64,000 bases of DNA from Felis catus (taxonomy: Eukaryota), in NCBI RefSeq assembly GCF_018350175.1, contig NC_058382.1, positions 52,826,001-52,890,000 on the forward strand, written 5' to 3'. This document shows positions 35,184 to 47,290 of this stretch, piece by piece (the stretch's first letter is position 1; each line of letters opens with the position of its first letter). The notes under the pieces are model-generated. The model ran no database searches, was not told the DNA's origin, and worked only from the letters and a program-made list of their open reading frames with translations. The position numbers and the translations under genes are program-made.

Positions 35184-36609
35184 AAATCTCTCTTGCTAAG
35201 TTTATGTGACCTTGAACATATGAGGAAATTGAACTTGATTTTCTTTAAAGGAAAAATGTCTACTTCCTCCCAAATGCTATAGGAACAGGTCAAAGCTAAC
35301 AACTACCTTTCTGGTGGGCTAGGCACGTCCAGCCTAGAAAAAGTGGTGCTAGCCTTCAGAAGAGCACAGTAGCATGCTTATAGGGAGTGGATGTCGATTA
35401 TCTATCACTGTTGAGAATATCATTGTCATCATCATGGTTCAACAATACAAACATGAAGGAGAAATATGAAGGATTCTAAGAAAATGCCAGAAGTGATTTT
35501 TGCAGCCATGGGGCTGAATTGAAGAGCTTAACCCACTAATCTGTTACGACTGCTCAGGGAGTGCTCCGGCAGGTTCTCTAACGCACCGAGAGTACTTTAG
35601 TGGGTCGTGTAAAGTGGCATTATAGTTCCGTTTTTAATGGTGGAGGCAAGAATTGCCTGGATCTCTTTCCGAGTACATCACCCGTCTTCCAGTGGCAAAC
35701 TTATGTTTATGCCAGCCGGCTCACCCCAGCATGGGGGCATGAATTGGAGTGGAAATCGGTGGACTGACATTTGGATGCAGTTGTCCCGAATTATCAGAGA
35801 GAAAAGAAGACCACTATAATTCACCAGCCACAGCATTTTTACCAACCACCTTTGCTAAGCATTGGTGTGTTATGTTCAATTCCTGGGTCCCCTCTTGTCA
35901 GAATTGTTCTGTAAACACCATTATTACTGCCGCCGTGTTCTCTGTGGCTGAGCTGAACTGAATTTGGAGATTTGATCCACATTAACTCCCTCATCTCCTT
36001 CAGGCAGTTGGTGACTCTTTGGGGGGTGCCAATGCAAGCGCTATGGTCCTTGAAAGACAAGTTGGCTTTCCCCCAAGTTTCTGCTCAAAGGGAGCCGGAG
36101 GGACCAGCCAGCTGAGGCATTACAGGCTAACCCATGGTTTACATTCCCAGGGAGCTCTAAGTGAGGCGGGAGACGCGGGGTCAAGAACTTGCAGTCAAGG
36201 TCAGGAAGACCTGGAATCCCGCTCTGCCCTGTCCCAGCTCTGCAGTTTCGCCAAGTTCTACAAAGCCTCGTTCCCTCACCTGTTTTATCATCTGAATTCT
36301 TTCCATGTCCTGAATGTGGCATGGATATCCCTCCATGTTATTAGAAATGCAGATACATCATCTTTATAAATGGCCGGATCATTCAAATTGCTTTTTGCAT
36401 CTGCCTCTTCCCTGGCTCTTACTCATTTTCATGATGCTATTCGAATGGTGATCGCAAGTCTCACACGGCAAAAAAAGTGATTTTTGAAAGCATCTCTCTT
36501 TCCCACGCTCATCTGTGAGCTTAGCCGGGGTGGGAAATATACCTTATTAATTTGTTTATTCCTTCTTTCTCGCTTGGTGTTGCTCCAGGAGAGAGTAAGT
36601 ACATGGATA

Positions 36610-36800
36610 TATAGAGAGCCAGGCAGACATGTAGACGCTGCCTCCCTTGCAAGGCCTGTGAGGCCGGGCAACTCACTGCCCACCTCTAGGCCTCTGTTTT
36701 TGCCATAAAATGAGAGGGGAAAAATAATTCCTAGTTTCCAGAGCTGCTGTGAGGATAGAACAAGTTGCCAGTAGTATCCTGTTTGGCTCAGTAAATGTGG
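36610..36800 (+). mobile_element. MIR SINE
   Basis: GGGCAACTCACT...CCTCTGTTTT...TAAAATGAG...GCTGCTGTGAGGAT...GCTCAGTAAATG. Confidence 0.6.
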
Positions 36801-36866
36801 ACTCTTCTGAATTGTGTGATTATTGGTATGTTTCCTATTGATTGAAAATGAGTGATGAGTGGATGC

Positions 36867-36959
36867 AGGAAGAAGGGAGGAGGAAGGAAGGAGGGAGGAG
36901 GAAGGAAGGAGGGAGGGAAGAAGGGAGGAGGAAATAAGGGAAGGGAGAGAGGGAGGAAG
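36867..36959 (+). repeat. GA-rich low-complexity tract
   Basis: GGAGGAGGAAGGAAG units. Confidence 0.9.
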
Positions 36960-37250
36960 TTTATGAGGCTTGATGAGTAGAATTGAAAAGAAATTCCCAT
37001 GTCTTCATGGTGAATGAAATAACATGACCTTTACAAATTTGGCCTGATCCCTGGAAGAAAAATTGTCCATAGGCGTACGATTTGCGTAATCAATCTTATT
37101 TTGCCTGAGCTTAAACTTCCATCGCTCGGTTTACCCAGAGTATCTGTGGACACACCAGGAGACACCGGGATTGAGGACCAGATGTACAGATCCCAAAGGA
37201 TGACAGCAGCTCTTGCCTTTGCCACACCATTCCGATGAAGGTTCACAAAG

Positions 37251-37526
37251 AGGGCTCCCAGATTTTGCATATAAAAATACACGGCACTGAGGGAAATTCG
37301 AATTTCAGGTGCTCAATAGATCATTTTTTAGTATTAAGTATGTCCCAAATATTGCATGAGACACGCTTCTCCAAAAAGTTTATTATATACTAAAAGAAAA
37401 AAAAAAGTGTTCCCCTTTTTAGTATATATCCCATATTAATGTTTGGGACATGCTCATACTAAAAATGATGTCATTCGGATTTCACTGGGGACCCTGTAGT
37501 TTCCGTGGCTACTTCTAGCAATCTTG
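37251..37526. mobile_element. MER53-like palindromic MITE with duplicated core
   Basis: AGGGCTCCCAGATTTTGCATATAAAAATAC...GAATTTCAG...TTTTTTAGTATTAAGTATGTCCCAAATATTGCATG...CTAGCAATC. Confidence 0.8.
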
Positions 37527-39259
37527 TTTACAGAACAACTAAAGACAGGTAGGTGTATTCTCCGGGCACCTTGGATTTGTCAAAATCTGGAAACACTGAC
37601 GACCGAAGGTGGCCCGTAGCACCTTAAATCTGACTTGAAAGTAAGCAGTAACTATCGAACAGATTTACTAGGTCTCTTGTCAATAATACTCAGATTTCTG
37701 GAGATTGTTATCAGCGTTTTGCCTCGTAGGAAATAACTTCTTTTGAAAAGGACATTTTAAATTAATGTGAAATTGCATTTTAAGTTAATTCTCAGGGAGT
37801 CATAAACAGGTGGGAGAATTATGTAACAATAATTGTGTTGGCAAGAAATTGATTTCATCCTAAAATTACACGAATAGACTATTACAGTTTGTTGTCATCC
37901 TGAAATGCCTCGTTTAACCATAAAATGCAGCGTAAAAGACACCCTCGTGTTGCGGTCCTTAATCTAGTGTGTAATTGCTTAAGGAAGAACATTAACTATA
38001 GTGTCAAACTACCTGTTCTCAGATACCTTAACCACCAGCTCACCAAGGTGGGGTTGAGCCTGACATCTGCAATCTGGGACGTAGATGCACAATGGTATTT
38101 GGGGATTCTGCTGTTCCATTGCAGTCTGTTCGTCCAGCAAAGATACGGAGACCTTGACAAATGAGTGAGCTTGAAACAATTTAAAAAATTGTTATGTTAA
38201 TAATTCTGCCACATTTACTGAAGACCTTACCTTTTTGCTACTTTAAAATACTTTGGGCGGGTTCACACACACAAAAATAGCTTTATTAGCCACCTTTGTA
38301 AGTTATCATGTTCGGTTACTTTTCTCCCCCACCCCCCCACCCGCCCGCCACCAGAAATGTTGCTTTTGGTACACTGAGAGTTCACTCATTTAAGTTTGCC
38401 CTTGGCATTTTTTTTTGGAACAGTTTTCATTTTTCTTTTATTTTTTATTTTTATATACAAAGCTGATAAATACCTGAAACCGAACAGGCTCAAACTGATC
38501 ATATTTCTAGATACAAACCAGATGTGTATTTAATCCATCATTGCTCCTGTGTCAGCTACCCGCCCCCACCCCCCTTCACCTATACTTGGGGGGAAAAAAA
38601 AAACAAAACGAGCCTGATTTCTCTGCTAGTTCATTTCCTTGAACTTGGGGAGATTCTAGCCGCAGTAATTTCCAAAAATAGTTTTGGAAGACGCGGAAAA
38701 CTGCAGCCCTTCTCTGCCAGCTGCATGGCGAGCACAGTCTGGGCTGAGTTGCACAGCACCCCTCCCCCTCTCTGCCCAGAGACTTTCAGCCGCTGCGTGT
38801 GGATTGGTGAGAAAGTCAAGTGCTGATCAGGGTCAGTCAGGATGCCCGCGCTTCTGCGTCCCCCCTGCAAGCGGATGGAAGGCTCAAGCTATGGCTGGGG
38901 CAGCCTGTGTTTTTTTCAGTCTGTGCTTTAGTAGACACTCATTCCATCCGACCAGTCCTGGCTGGTAATAAACACCGAGATTACTCCCTTCTTTCAAGGG
39001 CTTGGCAAACCAAAAAGAATGCAGTGAAAAAAAAAAAAAAATCTCTTACCTCTTCAAAAGTAACTGGGCACTTGAGGAGTATTTCCTAGTCTCGCTTTGA
39101 AACCTGAATTGCAGACCAGGCTGCCATCTCGTCTTTTGTTTAATGTAACCGATGAAGGCACTCTTCTGTTCTTTCTGTTCATTGAGATTCTTGGTCTCTC
39201 TGTAGGTAGCTTCAGGGAGCGAGGTGTGTGCTGTGATTGGAGGGGTGGTGGCTAATTAT

Positions 39260-39467
39260 CACAACTAACATTGGCCGATCAAAGCTTATTGTGGGCCCTT
39301 ATTGTGGGCCCAGGAACATTCTGAGAACTTCCATCCATTCAAAAGCACTCTGAAATAAGTATTGTTTACCGATGAGCACAGCACAGAGAGGGTAAGGGCT
39401 GTGCTGATGGTCGCACAGGCAGCCAATGGCACGGCACTCAGACTGGTATTCAGACTTACAAACTCTT
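39260..39467 (-). mobile_element. MIR SINE with a 13-bp tandem duplication
   Basis: TTTACCGATGAG...GCACAGAGAGGGTAAG...GGTCGCACAG; CTTATTGTGGGCC x2 at 39285-39310. Confidence 0.6.
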
Positions 39468-39670
39468 GTTAAAGGTTATTTTTTTTTTTTTTTGAGAGGT
39501 AGAGAGTGGGGGACAGACAGAGAGAGGAGAAGGAGAGAGAGAATCCCAAGCAGACTCTGTGCTCACAGCACAGAGCCCAGTGTGGGGCTCAAACTCACAA
39601 ACTGTGAGATCATGACCTGAGCTGAAACCAAGAGTTGGACGCTTAACTAACTGAGACATCCCAGCGCCCC
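39468..39670 (-). mobile_element. Carnivore SINE
   Basis: TSD CAGACTTACAAACTCTT (39451-39467) / CAGACTCACAAACTCTT (39671-39687). Confidence 0.95.
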
Positions 39671-40071
39671 CAGACTCACAAACTCTTATACCAACCGCAA
39701 AACCTCTCTCGAAATGTGCCTTTTCGATGCAAGGCAAGTATTTCACTTGCCACGGTGTTCAGAATCTCTCTTTATTCCCTTAGGTTGAGGCAGAAATGAT
39801 GCCTAGGTTTTACTTTGTGTGCCAACCTTGACTGCCAGAAATGCTAAGAAGGACTCTGGAGTTCTGTCTGGCTTCCAGGGGGTTGAGTCCAATGATCGGT
39901 GCCCGCACCGAGCATGGGAGGGGTATGGGTATCAGCAGTCGCCATCCCCGGTTAAAGCATTTGAGGCTCTGGGGGAAAAAAAAATGCAAATTTTACTTGT
40001 GGTGACAAACGTTCAGTGACTGGTGGCTGTGGACACTTCGGCAAGAATTTATTTAGAAAGCAAGACTTGAG

Positions 40072-40290
40072 GGGGCGGTGCCTGGGTGGCTCACTGGTGA
40101 GGCGTCTGCCTCTTGATCTTGGCTCAGGTCATGATCTCTGTGTTCGTGAGTTCGAGTTCCAGGTCAGGCTCTGGGTGCTGACCGTGTGGAGCCCACTTAG
40201 GATTCTCTCCCTCCTCTCTCCCTCTCTTCCTCTCTCATGCTCATGCACTCTCTCTCAAAATAAATAAATAAACATTAAAAAAAAAAAAAA
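40072..40290 (+). mobile_element. Carnivore SINE
   Basis: GTGCCTGGGTGGCTCA...GGCTCAGGTCATGATCTC..., CT tract, poly(A); decayed TSD. Confidence 0.93.
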
Positions 40291-41397
40291 GGAAATCAAG
40301 AGCTGGAGAGGTTGGGGCAGAGGACAAGTACGTTTGGGGCTGTGTGGGCACGAATCCATGATGGCATTGGTTCCTGGGGGCGAGGAGGAAAGAAGCAGAA
40401 GTTGTAGCTGCTCTGAAACGAAACTGTTCACGTCCTAATTTTCTCGGGGCTCCTTCCCTTAGGATGGTCGTCAGGGTTTTGAGAGCCTGTTGGCAGCAGA
40501 ATCCCTCATAGCTGATCCGCATGTCTGGCGGGCGCGGTGCTAGACTCTGGATGGATTCCCCACCCCCCATCAATTTCAGGGCCGCGTTTGGTGTTATTCC
40601 CCCTGCATCCGTGGGACTCATGGCAACGGAGGGTGGCTGTCCTGGCAGAGCTGGAATTCAGATTCCCGCACCCACCTCTGGGGCCTGCACCCTTTTCACG
40701 GCACCTCCCCGCCTTAGACTCCGTTTCTCCTAGGGAAAGGGGTTCCGGGTCCCTGATGCCCTTCCAGCCAGGGCTTGAGCCAGAAGGTGCCAAGGGGAAA
40801 CAACCGTCTGCAGCACGTGATCTCAGGGCACAAAGTGCCCGGCTGCCCTAACCGGAAGGTGGGGGAGAGCAGGGAGAGGGAAAGCTAGCAAGGAACCTAA
40901 GCGTGTCTTACGGTTTAAAACCATAATGGAGCATACCGTTTTCTTGGTTCTCCATTTATTAATAAAATGCCCAATACCTTCTGGCGTGTGCTTTGAACTG
41001 CTTTTAATTATCTTCAGTTGGATGAAGAAAAGGTAATGGGGACCTCATAATAGTCGTGGAGGGACTATTGGAATTTTATTTCCGTGGGGAAGGCAGAGAC
41101 TGTTTGCCAGGGAACCAAGGCCTTTCAAAGTTGAGGACACTTCCCAGTGCCACACGGTATAAATCACAGCACAAACTATGCGATTATCCCCTGCAGAGGA
41201 ATCGAGTGTGGCTTTATGGGATTCTTCACCAAGCACTTAGGAATAATCTGATATAAAACAGCAGGGGTGGAGAGTAATGACAACTTCAAATTAGTTTAAT
41301 GAATGTTTACATTTAAAAAAAAGGCTTTTCTGCAAACCTGAAAATACAAAGTGACAGCTTCCTTTCCTATTTCCCCTGCCTGAGGCACCTCCCGGGT

Positions 41398-41457
41398 GTT
41401 TTGTTTTGTTTTGTTTTGTTTTGTTTTGTTTTGTTTTGTTTTGTTTTGTTTTGTTTT
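41398..41457 (+). repeat. (GTTTT)12 microsatellite
   Basis: Perfect pentamer array. Confidence 0.97.
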
Positions 41458-42889
41458 CAGCCCGAGGGAAAAGGTGACCCGACTTAACTCCTTCGGTCCC
41501 ACACACCCAGCCTCCTCCATTGTTTGGCTTGGGTTTGAACAGCCCCTTGAACGGCGCTCAATAGTATTTCCATTGTAAACATCAGATCGGGGCGTTGGGG
41601 GAACATCTGTTTTAAGTCAACTTAGACTCAGTCCAGGAAAAAATAAATTTCTGGCTCTCCACCTGCTCAAAAGGTCAATTACCCACCCAAATCAGCCAGA
41701 GATGGTTGATGGGCAACAGATGCAGGGGGATATTTTTAGCTGGATTTTGGCAGGTAAGCTGCCTGTTGAACGCATGAAGAAGGGGTGAGTGGGGGAGGTC
41801 GACCAACCATTATATGGTCTTAGGCGAGGTGGAGCGCCAAAGCCCCAAGCAAATCTGTAAGGTTCTTCTGGGCGATTTCCCCACTTCTGATGAAGAAGGA
41901 TTCATTTTGGCAAAGAGGGCAGGGCAGGAAACACTCACATAGCTTGCATTATGTGAGCGGACCTCAAGGTATTTTGGACAAGAAACCACATTTGCTTTTC
42001 AGATATAGTTACCCAGCCCAAGCTGCCTCTACTCGTTTTTAATAGCGTTTTCCAAGAACGTTCTCGTGTTTGGTGCTGAAATCTGGATGTTTCCCAGTGT
42101 GCGGACGCTGGCCCCCTCGCTTCACATCAGGCTGCATTCTGTCCACAGGTTGCCAACCTGGCCGGGGATTATTAGGGAGAGTTATGTAAACAACTCCGCC
42201 TCGGCCACGGGAGGAATTATCACTGTGAAACAAAAGCAAGAAACAGAACCAGGCAAAAAGCCTGAAGGGTCTGTGCCCTCTCAGGAACTACAAAACCAAA
42301 TGGTGAATTCCAAGAATTGATTTAGAAACGAGCTTAGCTCTACTTTGGCCCTTAAGCCGTCGCTAGGAAAATCCAACCTTGCCCACAAGAACAAGATTTT
42401 CCTTCCCTCCTTGACTGGCATACCTGCACCTCACAAAACCTCTGTGAAAATTCCACGGGCTCCTACGAGCCAGAAGAAAACTGAGTAGAAATAGCTCTCC
42501 GATAGAGCAAGCTTCCATTTCTGTGGGATCTCAGGAGTTGCAAAGCCTAAACAGCCAGGTGACAGTGAGTGGTTGCTTCTCAGCCTGAAATCCGTTTTTT
42601 CACAGGGCTTTCAAAGAAAGCGAGACTAGCACACAAGCAAGCAAGCTGCAGCGTTCGGTTAGCCGGAACGTTGGCTGGGTGAGGACCTGCATTCTCCTGG
42701 ACGTTTCCATAGCCAGCTCTTTGGAGGACAGGTCGCCATGTATTTGTGTATTCTTGAAGTTGCAGACGTGCACAGAATTTTCTAGTGCTCAACAAAGCAC
42801 TGCCGCAGCACATCTGGGTGATTGCGTGCATGGTCTTCAGGAGCCCTCCAGGGTTGTGTGCCCACCCCCACCCTCCTCCTACGTGTGGC

Positions 42890-43134
42890 CATAGTTCCCT
42901 TCTCAGAGAGCCCTCTGCCAACCCATCTTCTTTACCTCCCTTGGTTGTCTTCAGCCATTGGACCCTGTTCCTCCGTCACTTATCACAGGTAGTAACTATG
43001 TTACTTACTCATTATTTCTGAACCGGGCCAAGAAGGAATCTTCCATGGTTCCTTTTTTTTTTTTAATTTTTGAAAATGTTTTATGTATTTTTGAGAGAGA
43101 GAAAAACAGTATGAACGGGGGGGCGGGGGGGGCG

Positions 43135-43179
<45 letters not shown>

Positions 43180-43395
43180 AGAATCCGAAGCAGGCTCCAG
43201 GCTCTAAGCTGTCAGCACAGAGCCCGACGCGGGGCTCAAATTCACAGACCATGAGATCATGACCTGAGCTGAGGTCAGACATGTAACCAACGGAGCCACC
43301 AAATCAGCCCCTATTTTAACATCATTATCAAGTGTGGAGTCAGGCACACAGTTGTGTCCAACATAAGATTTGTAGAATGAATGAATGAATGAATG
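42890..43395 (+). mobile_element. L2 3' end interrupted by a SINE
   Basis: TTCTCAGAGAGCCCT...CACTTATCAC...GGCACACAG...ATTTGTAGAATGAATGAATGAATGAATG. Confidence 0.6.
43053..43311 (-). mobile_element. SINEC_Fc-like SINE with expanded (GA)n
   Basis: GAATCCGAAGCAGGCTCCAGGCTCT...GAGATCATGACCTGAGC; head degenerate, no clear TSD. Confidence 0.92.
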
Positions 43396-44063
43396 CTAGG
43401 AAACCTCGTTGCATTTATTTCCCCCTTATTCCTGAAGACTAACCTCTTTGCAGCTGCCCCTGGCCGCAGAACTGGAACAGTAGAGACCGATCAGCAGGCT
43501 GCTGTGCCCACCTATTTCATTAGGGGAATTCCTTGGGATCCGTGCCACGGGGAACTGCCACCCTCCAGGGACCACCTGCCCCCAGCAGAAGGACCTTGTT
43601 CATTGCAAAAGTGCCCCTGGAGACGGTCCAGCTCAAACTACCTTACAGATACCTCTTATCGGCATCTTCCACCTTAACTTCCCCAAGTCTTTGCTGCCTC
43701 GGTTTCATTGCAGACTGCAGTTGTGGCTGAAAAGGTCACAGGCGGATGGGGCTGGCTCATGGGCAAAGACGACAGGACAACGTCCACCCCAAACCCTCTG
43801 CCCGCCATGGTTGCGTGTTCCTACTGCGCAAGACAGTGGTAGGAGGGTGGCTCAGGCTCCGGGGCAGTGAGTCTCCACCATCTGCACAGACGCCCCCCAG
43901 AAGGAGCCTGAATGAAAATGACCCTCGAGCCTGCTTTTGTGCCATTTATGTTCCCAGGCGTGGCTTTTCCCCTTCCTCTAGGCAACGTCACTGTAACACA
44001 GTGGAAAAGTACATAGTCATTGTGGAGATCACCTCTTCCTTTGAAAAAGTCAAAAGCCTCCAA

Positions 44064-44289
44064 GGGGCGCCTGGGTGGCGCAGTCGGTTGAGCATCCGAC
44101 TTCGGCTCAGGTCACGATCTCGCGGTCTGTGAGTTCGAGCCCCGCGTCGGGCTCTGGGCTGATGGCTCAGAGCCTGGAGCCTGCTTCCGATTCTGTGTCT
44201 CCCTCTCTCTCTGCCCCTCCCCCGTTCATGCTCTGTCTCTCTCTGTCCCAAAAATAAATAGACGTAAAAAAAAATTAAAAAAAAAAAAT
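44064..44289 (+). mobile_element. SINEC_Fc SINE, copy 1 of tandem pair
   Basis: Full length; flanked by AAAAAGTCAAAAGCCTCC. Confidence 0.98.
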
Positions 44290-44309
44290 AAAAAGTCAAA
44301 AGCCTCCCA

Positions 44310-44545
44310 GGGGCGCCTGGGTGGCTCAGTCGGTTGAGCGTCTGACTTCGGCTCAGGTCACGATCTCGCGGTTCGTGAGTTCGAGCCCCGCGTGGGGCTC
44401 TGGGCAGATGGCTCAGAGCCTGGAGCCTGCTTCCGATTCTGTGTCTCCCTCTCTCTCTGCCCCTCCCCCGTTCATGCTCTGTCTCTCTCTGTCCCAAAAA
44501 TAAATAGACGTTAAAAAAAAATTTTTTTTAATTAAATTAAATTAA
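44310..44545 (+). mobile_element. SINEC_Fc SINE, copy 2 of tandem pair
   Basis: Full length; flanked by AAAAAGTCAAA(A/G)GCCTCC. Confidence 0.98.
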
Positions 44546-44604
44546 AAAAAGTCAAAGGCCTCCCTATTGTAAAAGGGACATCCCTCAAAAAAAGACTGAC
44601 CTTT

Positions 44605-44760
44605 GTTCAATGTATTGATTCATCCTTTTGACGAATATTCATTAAGCATCAGTTTGGTGCCATGCCCTGTGCTAGGAACTTGGTATACAGAAGTGAATAA
44701 GACAAGATGTGTCCCCTGCACTCAAGTGGCTTACAGTTTAGGAGGGGGACAGACAGTAAG
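44605..44760 (-). mobile_element. L2 3' end
   Basis: ATTCATTAAGCA...GTGCCATGCCCTGTGCTAGG...GTGAATAAGACA...CCCTGCACTCAAGTGGCTTACAGT. Confidence 0.8.
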
Positions 44761-44774
44761 GGAGGGACCGTATA

Positions 44775-44960
44775 CACTGGCTGTGTGTTTCCAGTTTACT
44801 CGCTGTGTGACCTTGAACAAGTCACATAACCTCTCTGTGCCTCAGTGTCCTTATCGGTAAAGTAGGATGTGAGTTCCACTCTCACAAGACTGTTGTCAAC
44901 ATGAAATGAGTTGTAAGATACAAAGCATTTAGAAAAGTTCCGTGCCAGCGCTAGCTATCT
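44775..44960 (+). mobile_element. MIR SINE
   Basis: GCTGTGTGACCTTGAACAAGTCACATAACCTCTCTGTGCCTCAGT. Confidence 0.88.
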
Positions 44961-44993
44961 ATCACAAGAAGTGTTTTAAAGGAAGCAATGTGA

Positions 44994-45217
44994 GGGGCGC
45001 CTGGGTGGCGCAGTCGGTTAAGCGTCCGACTTCAGCCAGGTCACGATCTCGCGGTCCGTGAGTTCGAGCCCCGCGTCAGGCTCTGGGCTGATGGCTCGGA
45101 GCCTGGAGCCTGTTTCCGATTCTGTGTCTCCCTCTCTCTCTGCCCCTCCCCCGTTCATGCTCTGTCTCTCTCTGTCCCAAAAATAAATAAAAACATTGAA
45201 AAAAAAATTTAAAAAAA
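44994..45217 (+). mobile_element. Young SINEC_Fc SINE
   Basis: Exact TSD AAAGGAAGCAATGTGA at 44978-44993 and 45218-45233, preceded by TTTT (canonical L1 endonuclease site). Confidence 0.98.
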
Positions 45218-45534
45218 AAAGGAAGCAATGTGACAGAGTAAGGTGGGCATTAGTTTACTTCTAGGTCATTTAGTTAGCACATGCTAAGAGTCCTAATTCC
45301 AACTTCAGAATCCATTCTTAATCTTTCCGCTTCTGCTGTTTCTTTAAAATACGGACATGGGTAAATTACAAAGCGCGCTTCACTGTCTCCCTCTCCCTGG
45401 GTCCTTCCCCCCCACCCCCATTTAGGTACATTCTGTCCGAAGACATTGATGTTTCTATCAAGCAAGCAGCCAGGCCAGGAGAGACCAGACATTGGACTAG
45501 GCTGTCATCATCACATGGCAGAAATGGGAGAAGC

Positions 45535-45554
45535 AAAAAAAAAAAAAAAAAAAA

Positions 45555-45598
<44 letters not shown>

Positions 45599-45608
45599 GC
45601 ATGTGTGT
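45535..45608 (+). repeat. Poly(A) plus (GT)n microsatellite
   Basis: Read directly from the sequence. Confidence 0.97.
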
Positions 45609-45979
45609 AATGAAGAAAGAGCACATTAAAATCAAATGACGGAAGACTACCCTATCTTTCTGACTATTAAATAGTCCCTCTTGAGTCAAATCAAGCAAAT
45701 AGATACGCTGCCTCTTTAACCTTTATTCCTTCCTGGCTTTCCCCATCACGCTTTGTCCTGCCTGCCCACGAGCGCTGGGAGGTCTTATCTTTGGGGACAC
45801 TGGGAGTCTGCCTAAAGGACACAACATCAGTAGGCAGGTAGCACCTTCTTTACTGCGTTCCTCTGTTAAATATCATTCCTCCCACCACTGCCCCATTTCT
45901 CTGGGCCCCCATGAAGCGGAACTCCTCCTTTCCTGCGCTCTTGAACTCCTCCCCTCAGGTTTTCATTTCCTTCCCTCTT

Positions 45980-47290
45980 TCCCACCTGGTCTCGCACAGG
46001 TCACCCCGACCCACACTGTTCAACCTGACCGTCGCTTGGGGGCCTCACCTCGCTCAGACCATCCACAGCATTTGGCTCCCTTCCAGAACACTCTGTCCAT
46101 TTGTTTCTTGGGACATCACTTTGCTGCATCACTTTGCGTGGTTCGTCCTCTTCCAGCTGACCTCTGTACATTGGGGAGCCCATTTCTCTACCTCTGCCTG
46201 CTTTCTTCCTCTCCTTTTGTCACTCCCCAGGTGATCTTTTCCAGCCTTGAGGCTGGAAATGCCACCCACATGCCGGTCAATTCCAAATGGGTTTTCCCAT
46301 CCCAGACCTCTCCTGAACGCCACATGTGTATATCCATCCATCTGCTTAACCCCTTCACTCACTTGCCCAATAAGTTCCTCAAACCTGGAAACCAAACTCG
46401 GCCTCTCGCCCCTGCCCCCACCCGAACTCTCTCCAGTCTCCATCTTTCCCATCTCCGAGAATGGCCACCAACCGGATCCCCCAGTGGCTCAGGCCAACAG
46501 CCTTGGACGTATCCCTCCTAGTTTTCCTTTTCTCTGTTCCCCGTCCATTGTTAGCAACTTCAGTTGACTGTACTTTCAAACTGTATCCAGCCTCTGAGCA
46601 TTGATGACCACCTTCGCTGCTACCCAGGTGCAGGTTACGGTCCGGTGTGTAGGCTGGATTATTGAAGCAGCCACCGTCTGGATGCAGTGCCTCTGCAGAC
46701 AGCCAGCTAGAGTCCGTCCTCCCTCCGACGGCCAGGGTAGAGCTTTTAAAACTGGTTCTGAAACTTTGGTGGAGGTCAGAATTCACTAAGGCACCCGGTG
46801 AAAAACAAAGATGCAGCCTCCCATCCTCTGTCAATAAGTCTGTGCCTCTTGAGTTCATGGCGGGTGACACACACCCAAATCTGAGAAGCGTTATTTTCAG
46901 ACAGAAGCCAGATGACCGCTTTCTAAAGTCAGGGGGAGAAGCCAAAAGTCCCTTCACAGCGTCCTCCCTGGCTTGAGAGCCTGCTGGCCCCTTACCTCAT
47001 CTGCTGTCACTTATCCCCATCACATCCTCTGCTTCAGCCACTGTGACCTCCTTGCTGTGGTCTTCTGCTCACCTACCTCCCTGAACACCACCATCTAAAA
47101 TAATGCCTCCCTCACCGTCATGTTCTCTGTCCCCCTACCTGTCTTTTTCTTTGTAGACGCAGCATATTTTTGTTTATTCCAGGTTGATGAGGTCAACTCA
47201 TTCGCAGCCATGCTCCCCGTGCCTTTGACAGTGCCTGGGGAACACACAGAAGGGCTTAGTGAAACCTGTACTTGGTTGGTTGATTTGAAC
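45980..47290 (+). mobile_element. Long degraded L2
   Basis: CCAGACCTCTCCTGAACGCCAC...TTCCCATCTCCGAGAATGGC...CAGTGGCTCAGGCCAACAGCCTTGGA...CAGTGCCTGGGG...TTGGTTGGTTGA. Confidence 0.8.

Noticed and set aside
43988..44497. 169-aa ORF with an internal repeat
   Set aside because: Antisense read-through of the tandem SINE pair.
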